Below are positions 9,206-17,278 of a stretch of DNA of 24,913 bases, in pieces. Positions within the stretch are counted from its first letter, which is position 1. Each line of letters begins with the position of its first letter. Origin of the DNA: Promethearchaeota archaeon (GTDB lineage Archaea > Asgardarchaeota > Lokiarchaeia > Sigyniarchaeales > SOKP01). The stretch lies in assembly GCA_048938895.1 (NCBI GenBank), contig JBHLLU010000056.1, forward strand, positions 1-24,913. The letters run 5' to 3'. The notes under the pieces were generated by a model. That model saw nothing but the letters and a program-made list of their open reading frames with translations, did no database searches and was not told the origin of the DNA. The position numbers and the translations under genes were made by a program.

Positions 9206-9310
9206 TAACCCCCTCTCCTTTTCTATGAGAGAAAACGTAAGTCTTCTTCCATAGGAAAAAAAGGGTTATAATAATAATAATAAATCCAAAGTTAATTCAT
9301 TTAAACACAA
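9206..9310 (-). promoter_or_regulatory. Candidate leucine-sensing leader: Leu-rich uORF, U7 tract and long hairpin upstream of leuA
   Basis: Minus strand reads TTG TGT TTA AAT GAA TTA ACT TTG GAT TTA TTA TTA TTA TTA TAA, then CCCTTTTTTTCCTATGGAAGAAGAC-TTAC-GTTTTCTCTCATAGAAAAGGAGAGGGGGTTA (stem 9206-9268). Confidence 0.6.
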
Positions 9311-9550
9311 TCCTAATGAAGAGGAGCGCTTCGAAAAATTTTGAAGTGCAGAATTACTTATTTGTTGAAGCTTTTTCAAATCTCTCACATCAATAGAATC
9401 ATATTTTATAAAATAAATTATTTGTACTTTTAAAAACATTATGGTCATTATTTTCCAATTTTTAGAAATTCAATTGGGGAGAATTATTCCTTAACGCTTT
9501 TTATATCAAACTCATTTCTTTCAATTAGAAAAGAATTTGGTTATTTACAA

Positions 9551-10231
9551 ATGAAAAAAATAAATAAAATTTTAATTGGAGCTATTGCTTTTATCGCATT
9601 GTTTACAGTTTTAAGCACAAATACAGTGTTAGCATCAGAATCTTCTATTGATGTAAATGGTGATACCTATCAATATCAAGTCCAAGCGAATCATAGTGTA
9701 ATGTTCTCATTTCGACAGAGGACAAGATTAACCTTTGCTTCAAATGTTAATATTGAAGCAAACATCAATTGTGACGCATTGAGAATCGGTGTCAAGTATT
9801 TTGAAATGGAAGTTAACTGTGATCAAGATTTACAAATGAATATGACTTGTACTGAGGAACAAGTTCAACTAGGATTATTAAAAGGAGAAAGATATACAGT
9901 TAGAAATCGTCATAGACTTTTATATCAAGAAGGATTTTGTGTTTCAATTCAATGCAATAATTCAGGTGATATACAGGCTAAATTGAAGATACAAGCAAAC
10001 AATCAAAATCGAAAGGGAACATGGGCTTATTACGATGAGACTGCTGAAGAATGGGTTGGAGTTCCAACTACTGTGGAGGATGGATATTTAGTTACTGAAA
10101 CAGATCATTTCTCATATTGGACAATATTGAACCCCGAATCAGAAGATAATATCTTTTTATACATAGGGCTTATCAGTATTATTGGTATTCTTGGCGTGCT
10201 TACAGTTGTTCTTCTTAGAAGAAGAGAATAA
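9551..10231 (+). CDS. Secreted/cell-surface protein with signal peptide, beta-rich domain, HFS motif and C-terminal TM anchor
   Basis: MKKINK followed by a hydrophobic stretch and VLA signal peptide. WAYYDETAEEW...ETDHFSYWTIL. C-terminal TM followed by RRRE. Confidence 0.75.
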   Translation: MKKINKILIGAIAFIALFTVLSTNTVLASESSIDVNGDTYQYQVQANHSVMFSFRQRTRLTFASNVNIEANINCDALRIGVKYFEMEVNCDQDLQMNMTCTEEQVQLGLLKGERYTVRNRHRLLYQEGFCVSIQCNNSGDIQAKLKIQANNQNRKGTWAYYDETAEEWVGVPTTVEDGYLVTETDHFSYWTILNPESEDNIFLYIGLISIIGILGVLTVVLLRRRE

Positions 10232-10309
10232 AAGCATTAGAATTTTTAATTAATTTTTTTTTTTAAATTAAATTTAACCATATGTAAAATAATAAAAAAT
10301 TGAAAATAA

Positions 10310-11575
10310 TTGGGTTTTAAAGAATTCACTAACAGGACAAGGCGAAGAGCAAGCCTAATATTATTATTTTTATTCCTTATTGAGATAAATTTAGTTTTTT
10401 CAAATGCTTTAGCCCGAGTAGAGAATATTGCTGGGTTTCAAACGTCTGATACTGTTAATCCAAATGAATTTGTATCTTATCGTTTTCCAAATAATCTAAT
10501 TTTCGAAATCAATACAACTTCAAGGATAGAGCTCTCCATAGAATATGAAACTAAAATGAATAATCGTCAGAGTTTTTTTTCTATTAATACTAATGAAACA
10601 GTTTCATTACATATAACATCGAAAACACAAATGAAGAGTTATGGCTTTTCTCAAGCACCTAATTCTCCAAAAAAAGGGAATTTTAAGTTAAGGTATCAAT
10701 ATAATTGTATTTTTAAAATAAGAGCAAATTCAACAATAAAAAATCTCACAGTAATGTATCGAAAAATTAATCAATTTGGTTTAAGCTCAAAAATAAACTA
10801 TACATTAGCGAAATATGATTTAAGTCAAGATTCATGGGAATTAGTTGAGACAGAAGAAAAATTAAATCAAAGCGTCTCAGAGTTATACTTAGTAAGTTCT
10901 CTTTCTGAAATAGAAAGTGATACTGATTATTATATAACTCTTTTTGAATTTACTACAGAAAAATTCGATTGGACTTGGGTTATTTTTACAATTGTGATAG
11001 TTGGGGCATCACTCCTTTCGGTAGCTTTTTTAATATCAAAAAAAGATTATTTCCAGTATTTAAGACAAAGAACAGTGTCAATTGAGAAAGGTGCTCACAG
11101 ATTATCTTTAGACGAAGTATTGGAAAATGAGAATAGAAATAAAATTATCGATTTAATACTAAATGAACCGGGAATCCATTTTAATGAATTATTAAGAAAA
11201 ACTGGACTTGCTGCCGGAAATTTAGTATGGCATCTTGACATATTACAAACTTTTAAAATAATTGGAAAAAAAAGGATAGGGAATTTTATCGCATATTTTC
11301 CTTATTACCAGAAGAATCCAATTTCTAATATAGACTTGAAATTGCAGAAGAGTAAACTTACTTTAGAAATTTTGGAAATCATTGAGAAAGAACCCGGAAT
11401 TTGGAATAACCTAATAACTAAGAAATTTAAAGTAGACCATAAGACGATACATTATCACTTGAATAAATTACAAAATCTAGGGCTTATAAAATTAAAAAAA
11501 GATGGGAGAAAAAAAAAAATTTTTCCAAACCTTGAATCAGAATATTATAAATTTAAAAATGGGAACGATGATTAA
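10310..11575 (+). CDS. Membrane-anchored transcription regulator: extracellular domain, TM helix, cytoplasmic tandem winged-helix domains
   Basis: N-terminal signal/TM. TM WTWVIFTIVIVGASLLSVAFLI. Two wHTH repeats: ENENRNKIIDLILNEPGIHFNELLRKTGLAAGNLVWHL and EILEIIEKEPGIWNNLI..VDHKTIHYHLNKL..LGLI. Confidence 0.8.
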   Translation: MGFKEFTNRTRRRASLILLFLFLIEINLVFSNALARVENIAGFQTSDTVNPNEFVSYRFPNNLIFEINTTSRIELSIEYETKMNNRQSFFSINTNETVSLHITSKTQMKSYGFSQAPNSPKKGNFKLRYQYNCIFKIRANSTIKNLTVMYRKINQFGLSSKINYTLAKYDLSQDSWELVETEEKLNQSVSELYLVSSLSEIESDTDYYITLFEFTTEKFDWTWVIFTIVIVGASLLSVAFLISKKDYFQYLRQRTVSIEKGAHRLSLDEVLENENRNKIIDLILNEPGIHFNELLRKTGLAAGNLVWHLDILQTFKIIGKKRIGNFIAYFPYYQKNPISNIDLKLQKSKLTLEILEIIEKEPGIWNNLITKKFKVDHKTIHYHLNKLQNLGLIKLKKDGRKKKIFPNLESEYYKFKNGNDD

Positions 11576-11719
11576 GAATTTGGGTACCTCTGATTGTATT
11601 AACTACTATTCCCTTTTCAAATAAAGCTTTTTTTATATATTATATCTTATATTAATTGCATTTTTAATAGATTTAAGATATAAAAAGATCAAATCTTGCG
11701 TTTATAAGGGTATTATATT

Positions 11720-12223
11720 ATGATTGAACCTCAGAAATTATTAGACTTTATTAAAGAGAGAAGAAGTATAAGGGCATTTCTTGATAAATCGATCCCTGAC
11801 GACGAAATAGAGATGATTCTAGAAGCAGGACGATGGGCACCTTCTGCTTCAAATCGTCAACCATGGAATTTTATTTTAATTAAAAATAGAAACACTTTAA
11901 AGGAAATAGCAAAGGCTACAGGTTATGGATGGTTTATAGCAGAAGCTTCATTTGCTATAGCTATTGTCGGTAAACCAAGAACAAGCGGTAAATGGTATAT
12001 AATTGATACTTCCTTAGTTTCAATGAATATGATGCTTATGGCTTGGTCTTTAAATATTGGTACCTGCTGGATAGGCTCAATGAATAAAGAAAAAGTAAAA
12101 CAAATTTTGGGGTTGCAGAAAAACGACTATCTATTAACTGTTCTTCCATTTGGATATATTCAAGGAACAATTCCAGAACCTACTTATAGACACCCCCTAA
12201 AAAAGATTGTAAAGGAAATATAA
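11720..12223 (+). CDS. Nitroreductase family (FMN-dependent)
   Basis: Motifs RRSIRAF, ILEAGRWAPSASNRQPWNF, NMMLMAWSLNIGTCWIG and LPFGY. Confidence 0.92.
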   Translation: MIEPQKLLDFIKERRSIRAFLDKSIPDDEIEMILEAGRWAPSASNRQPWNFILIKNRNTLKEIAKATGYGWFIAEASFAIAIVGKPRTSGKWYIIDTSLVSMNMMLMAWSLNIGTCWIGSMNKEKVKQILGLQKNDYLLTVLPFGYIQGTIPEPTYRHPLKKIVKEI

Positions 12224-12281
12224 GTCCTTTTATACATAAATATATTTTCTCAATAAAATAAAGAAATTTTTAAGTGATAGA

Positions 12282-12794
12282 TTGACGGTTAAAATAGCAA
12301 TCTTGGGAGATACACATCTAACTTATTTTAAGAACTTACCTATACAGATGTTAGATGAAATTAAAGAAGCAGATTGGGTTATTCATGTAGGAGATTATAT
12401 AAATATAGATGTTTTAAATGGTTTAATTGAACTAAAAGGAGAGAAGTTTAAGGGTGTTTATGGGAATGCTGATCCAAGTTATATTAGGGATAAAATTCCG
12501 TCAAAAGAAATTATTGAAATATTAAGAAAAAGAATTGGATTTACTCATCCCCCGAGTGGTGGTTCTCATGAAATAATAGAATCTAAAGTAATAAATGAAT
12601 TCAAAGATGATAATGTCGATATTATCATTTTTGGTCACACTCATGATCCTCTCATAAAATACAGAGGTAAAAACTTATTAATTAACCCTGGAAAAGGATA
12701 TTTAGAATCAGGTCACTTTCAACCTCCAGCAACAATAATAATTCTCAATATTGATGATAAGGTTCGTGTAGAATTAAAAGAAATTAAATTCTAA
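12282..12794 (+). CDS. Metallophosphoesterase, YfcE/MJ0936/Vps29 family
   Basis: Motifs GDTH, IHVGD, GVYGNAD, FTH, FGHTH and INPG. TTG start. Confidence 0.88.
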   Translation: MTVKIAILGDTHLTYFKNLPIQMLDEIKEADWVIHVGDYINIDVLNGLIELKGEKFKGVYGNADPSYIRDKIPSKEIIEILRKRIGFTHPPSGGSHEIIESKVINEFKDDNVDIIIFGHTHDPLIKYRGKNLLINPGKGYLESGHFQPPATIIILNIDDKVRVELKEIKF

Positions 12795-12824
12795 TATACT
12801 ATAATAGAAAAAGAAAGGAAAAGT

Positions 12825-13373
12825 CTAGAGTATGAATATCGCTGCTGCTAATACAGAAGCCCATTCATTTTCATTCCTCACTGTAGCATAGGCAGTAATA
12901 TTTTTTGTTTCAACTATCTTTCCTCCCATTTTAAATACTTCCTTCTTTTCATCATAATTCGCATCTGGATCAAAAGGAATACCCAGCGTTGTAGCTAACA
13001 TTTCAGCAGCTAAATCTTCAGCAGTATCTCCAGCATTTTCTGGTTTAACACCAAAAGTGTGATGTTCAGCTAAATATCCATATTGGCTTTTCTCAGCTGG
13101 TTTTGCTACACCAATTGAAGCACATATTAGGCGATTATATTCATTCGATTCAGATCGGGCTAACACAGCATATATGATCTGACCAGGTCGAAGTTGTTTC
13201 AATCCATCCGCTTTTGAAATTTCAATGCAATATGGTGGAAAGATTGAAGATACATTTACAATATTAAATTTTTCAATTCCTGCTTTTCTAAGCGCTTGTT
13301 CAAAAGCAGCTAGCTTAGATCTGTGAAAGCCTTCACCTTTAACAAAGAATACTTTCTTTGGGACTAACGACAT
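12825..13373 (-). CDS. pdaD: Pyruvoyl-dependent arginine decarboxylase
   Basis: VPKKVFFVKGEG, AFEQALRKAGIEKFNIVNVSSIFPP (Ser-Ser self-cleavage site), YGYLAEHH and AEDLAAEMLATTLG. Confidence 0.9.
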   Translation of the reverse strand: MSLVPKKVFFVKGEGFHRSKLAAFEQALRKAGIEKFNIVNVSSIFPPYCIEISKADGLKQLRPGQIIYAVLARSESNEYNRLICASIGVAKPAEKSQYGYLAEHHTFGVKPENAGDTAEDLAAEMLATTLGIPFDPDANYDEKKEVFKMGGKIVETKNITAYATVRNENEWASVLAAAIFIL

Positions 13374-13706
13374 GGCTTACTCAAAATTTTTTTATAATTC
13401 TAAGTTAAGATTTTAATATAAAAGATTATATTTAAAATTATTCGAAATATTAATAATTTATTCAAGGCTATAACATTTAAATCGTTATTAATATTCTTAA
13501 CTTGAACATAAATTAATTTATTTTTAGTTAATGCTAAATAGGATAATTTATTCGGATTAAATTAATACAGTGAGTACAATTTTTACAATACATCTTTTCA
13601 ATATATTAAATAAGGCATGTACTAGTTTAGACTAACCAATCTTTAAGATTTTTAGAAAAAGATAAAATAAAACAATTTAAAACAGTTAAAGCATTTAATC
13701 ATATTT

Positions 13707-14696
13707 ATGAATACTCATCAAAAAGAAGATTATTTGATTAAAAAAGTGCAACCTTTTGATGTATCAGATATAAAAAATGCAGATGATATTTTAATAGCCT
13801 TAAAATACTGTGGATTTCAGGGTAGGAATCTGGGTATTGCACTTGATATATTTGAAAAAATTGTATGTGATAAAAACATTTTAACTGTCCTAACAGTTTC
13901 AGGTGCGCTAATTCCAGCAGGTATGGGAGAATTAATAACAGTACTTATGGAACATGATCTTATAGACGTTTTAGTTACTACGGGGGCCAATATCACCCAT
14001 GATCTAGTAGATGCTAGTTGTAATATCGGACATTATCTTGGAAGTTCTAATGTGGATGATGATGATTTATTTAAATTCCGAATTAATAGAATTTATGATA
14101 TTTTTCTTCCCGAAGAGAACTATTCCGCAGCAGATAAGAATCTGTTTAAAATGATTCAATCTGTTTATAAAACTAAAGACATTCAAACCACACCCTCTGA
14201 ATTCTTAAAAGAAATTGGTAATAAAATAGAAAGTAGAAGTATTTTATCTATGGCTGCTAAAAAGGATATCCCTATCTTCATTCCCGCTTTTTCTGATTCT
14301 GAATTATCATTGAAACTTTTGAAATATGCATATTATGAAGGATATGATTTTCAATTTGATATCTTACAGGATGTGAAAAATTTTGCGGATATTGTGCGAA
14401 AATCAAAAGATTATGCAACAATTATAATTGGTGGTGGGGTTCCAAGAAATTGGGCTCAGCAAATATTTCCCATGTTAGATGAACTTGATCACATTGAAAG
14501 AATGGGTTATAATTACTCTATTAGAATACATACTGCTACAGAATATGACGGAGGTCTTTCTGGGAGTACATTTTCCGAAGCAAAATCATGGGGAAAATAC
14601 ACTTCAGAATCGAAACATATTAGTGTATGGTGTGATGCAACTATCGCCCTCCCTATTTTAGTTACGGGATTATTGCAGAGATTGAAAATAATTTAG
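13707..14696 (+). CDS. dys: Deoxyhypusine synthase family protein
   Basis: Motifs GFQGRNLG, SGALIPAG, TTGANITHD, INRIYD, PAFSDS, GGGVPRN, DGGLSG and EAKSWGK (catalytic Lys), plus DATIALP. Confidence 0.88.
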   Translation: MNTHQKEDYLIKKVQPFDVSDIKNADDILIALKYCGFQGRNLGIALDIFEKIVCDKNILTVLTVSGALIPAGMGELITVLMEHDLIDVLVTTGANITHDLVDASCNIGHYLGSSNVDDDDLFKFRINRIYDIFLPEENYSAADKNLFKMIQSVYKTKDIQTTPSEFLKEIGNKIESRSILSMAAKKDIPIFIPAFSDSELSLKLLKYAYYEGYDFQFDILQDVKNFADIVRKSKDYATIIIGGGVPRNWAQQIFPMLDELDHIERMGYNYSIRIHTATEYDGGLSGSTFSEAKSWGKYTSESKHISVWCDATIALPILVTGLLQRLKII

Positions 14697-14702
14697 AAAT
14701 TT

Positions 14703-15992
14703 TCAACCATTCTCTAATTTTATTACTTCTTTTAACACTCTATGTGCTTTTTCTCTCTTTTCTTCTTCAAGTAAGCATTCTGTGACCTTCCAGAACCTAT
14801 ATTCGTGATGAAAATAAGCAGGGCAATTAATTCGAATATCTTCAAGACAATCTGTTATTTGCCAACATTGAAATAGATCATTTTCAAAGACCTCATGGAG
14901 TTTTTTAGGAAGTTTTTTATAATTGAATTTAGTTTCTTTTAGGTATGAATCTAAACTGTTAGAATTGTAGGTGTTCCAAAATAACACAATTTTATCCTTA
15001 TTTTCAGGTAGAGTTAGAAAGTCAAAAAGTGCTGCCATTACTTTACCTGTATACGTTGTATCTAAACTAAATCCTTTATTTTTTCCTTCTAATTCAAACA
15101 CTTTATCTACCGCATTTTGGCTTTTTAAAGTCTTTATTCCGTATCCTGAACCAAGATACCCTTTTATAAAATTAAAATCTTCTTCACTAATTTTTAATCT
15201 TGGAACATTTTTATCTTGTTTATGCAACAATTTAATTGCTTTATTAGCATTTCTAATAACTGCAGAAGAATTAGAAGTCAACTCGGTATAAACTGAAACA
15301 ATATTAATTCTTGAATTTAACCCTAATAACCTACATCCAGCAACTAAACCAGCACTTGAGCCTGTTGATGCTCCAGCAATAAAGATTTCATCTGGTTTAG
15401 GAATAAGTTTTCTATCTATTTGTTCTTTTAATTCAAGGGCAGCATTAATAAATCCAATCGTTCCTAATGATGTTCCAAAGCCAAAAAGAGGAGATCCTCC
15501 TGGAAACATAAAATAATATTTTGGCTTACGTATTTGAAACAGTAAAGCCTTTATGAAAGTAGTTATATCACTTCCCCCAGGATGAAGTTTTGCTCCAAAA
15601 TAGTCAAATAATAGTAATGAACGTTGGACATGCCAAGTAATCGGTTGAGAGAATAAGAAAATATTACACTTTAAGGATAATTTATTGCATATAATAGCAC
15701 AAGCTAGTCCATGATTTGTTCCAATACCCCCAAACGTCACAATTCCAATCTTTTTTTTCATTAATGCATTTCCAAATATAAATTCAAATTTTCGGAGTTT
15801 ATTACCCCCATAAATATTATGAATTTTGTCATCTCGTTTAATGTAAATCTGACCATTATTTAGTTTTAAATAATCTTCTAAATTATGCAATCTCTCCACA
15901 GGGCTAGGAGCATTGGTTAGTAATGGAATCCATGGAATTTTTTCCTTTAATCGAGGATAGACATTGAATAAAAGAGGTTCTTTTCTTACCAT
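14703..15992 (-). CDS. PLP-dependent ACC deaminase / D-cysteine desulfhydrase family enzyme with Cys-rich C-terminal extension
   Basis: YIKRDD..YGGNKLRKFEF (PLP Lys), TNHGLA, PGGS, STGSSAGL, GSGYG, LDTTYTGK and LFWNT. Confidence 0.85.
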   Translation of the reverse strand: MVRKEPLLFNVYPRLKEKIPWIPLLTNAPSPVERLHNLEDYLKLNNGQIYIKRDDKIHNIYGGNKLRKFEFIFGNALMKKKIGIVTFGGIGTNHGLACAIICNKLSLKCNIFLFSQPITWHVQRSLLLFDYFGAKLHPGGSDITTFIKALLFQIRKPKYYFMFPGGSPLFGFGTSLGTIGFINAALELKEQIDRKLIPKPDEIFIAGASTGSSAGLVAGCRLLGLNSRINIVSVYTELTSNSSAVIRNANKAIKLLHKQDKNVPRLKISEEDFNFIKGYLGSGYGIKTLKSQNAVDKVFELEGKNKGFSLDTTYTGKVMAALFDFLTLPENKDKIVLFWNTYNSNSLDSYLKETKFNYKKLPKKLHEVFENDLFQCWQITDCLEDIRINCPAYFHHEYRFWKVTECLLEEEKREKAHRVLKEVIKLENG

Positions 15993-16014
15993 AATCTCAG
16001 TTAAACCCCTAAAT

Positions 16015-16911
16015 TTAATTTAGGATATATCCATTTTCTTTCATAGTTATTATCCCATCTCTAAGGAATTTATCGAAATGCTTTTCAATCATGACCAATC
16101 CTGAAATCATTTCAAAGGCGTGATTATATCTTTTATAAATTAAATTTTTGCCCTTTAGATCAATTGGTTGAATAGGTTTCTTTTCAGAAAAATTAGATAA
16201 TATTCTTTCATCTCTTTTATGAATTATCAATTTGAAATTATCAAGTTCAGACTGAATTTCTTTTTTTCCAAATACAGGATTTTTATGACCTACTACAGCA
16301 ATCTCAGCATTTAAATCTTTTAGTTTTTCAATTGACTTTTCATATTCAATTAAATCAGAATCAATTGTTGCATAGTATGGAAATTTTGTTAAATCCATAT
16401 CTCCAAAAAATGCAATTTTTGAATGTAATTCAATAAACCCACAATGTCCAGCCGTGTGCCCGGGTATATGGATAACTTTCATTGACAAATCATCATCTAT
16501 ATCTATAATTTCATTATCTTCAATAAATCTTGATATCTTAGTATTTTTCATGCCAAAAAGATCAAATAGAACCCTAAATTCCTCCCCTGCCTTTGTACCG
16601 CCAACTTTATAATAGGGTAGCATCTGTTCAATATCTTCAATTGGAATCTTATCCTTTTCGTGGCATAGGAAACTTAAATTCTGAAATATACTATTACCAG
16701 ATACATGATCCTCATGCCAGTGGCTCAAGACTACTATATTGATTTGAAACTGTCTTCTTACTCTTTTTAACCGACTTAACGAAATTCCTGTGTCTATTAA
16801 ATAATCTCCAACAAGCAAAGAGTGGGAAAAAGGATAATTTCCTCTCCGTTCTCCTTCTAAAAAATAGATATTATGAAATTCATCAGATAAAGATTGAATA
16901 AAATCATTCAT
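16015..16911 (-). CDS. Metallo-beta-lactamase-fold hydrolase
   Basis: Motifs LIDTG, SHWHEDHVSG, HIPGHTAGH, FFGD and VVGH. Confidence 0.88.
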   Translation of the reverse strand: MNDFIQSLSDEFHNIYFLEGERRGNYPFSHSLLVGDYLIDTGISLSRLKRVRRQFQINIVVLSHWHEDHVSGNSIFQNLSFLCHEKDKIPIEDIEQMLPYYKVGGTKAGEEFRVLFDLFGMKNTKISRFIEDNEIIDIDDDLSMKVIHIPGHTAGHCGFIELHSKIAFFGDMDLTKFPYYATIDSDLIEYEKSIEKLKDLNAEIAVVGHKNPVFGKKEIQSELDNFKLIIHKRDERILSNFSEKKPIQPIDLKGKNLIYKRYNHAFEMISGLVMIEKHFDKFLRDGIITMKENGYILN

Positions 16912-17025
16912 TATGATTCATAATTTTGAGAAATTTAAACGATTTAGTTTTCTTAAAGTTTGGGATTAAGCTTGAATAATTGGAATAATAGTGATTTAAT
17001 ACTTGACTAAATTGTAGGGGTTTTT

Positions 17026-17247
17026 ATGGTTCAATTGAAAAAATTAATTAAGGGAACTCTACTAAAATGCCCAAATAAAATTATGTATTACTTCTGTCCA
17101 AATTGTTCTTCCAAGAAAAAACCAATGCTTATAAATTATTTTCCGCCTATTACTGCTAAATGTTTAGAATGCGGATATGTAAATACAGAAAAAAAATTTA
17201 TAAAAGAAGAGCTTCGTCAAAATTCACCACTCAATTATTCTCATTGA
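17026..17247 (+). CDS. Small zinc-ribbon protein
   Basis: CPNC...CLECGY knuckles. AGGGG RBS-like sequence upstream. Fills the gap between flanking genes. Confidence 0.55.
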   Translation: MVQLKKLIKGTLLKCPNKIMYYFCPNCSSKKKPMLINYFPPITAKCLECGYVNTEKKFIKEELRQNSPLNYSH

Positions 17248-17278
17248 GTGGATCTATTTACTTTTTTTACATTTCCTT

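Noticed and set aside
9174-9400. T-box riboswitch ahead of leuA
   Set aside because: No recognisable T-box consensus (UGGNACC) or Stem I motifs.
9311-9448. Full 60-aa ORF 9266-9448 as an ordinary protein
   Set aside because: The 5' part spans probable divergent promoter DNA (palindromic TATTTTATAAAATA at 9402-9415). Only the Leu-rich 3' end is considered meaningful.
11509-11519. A11 run as a frameshift or phase-variation site
   Set aside because: It encodes in-frame Lys codons in the wHTH wing. The ORF is intact and such runs are common in this AT-rich DNA.
12282-12794. Vps29 (retromer) eukaryotic signature protein
   Set aside because: It retains the full catalytic metallophosphoesterase motifs of the widespread YfcE/MJ0936 family, and no Vps26/Vps35-like neighbours are present.
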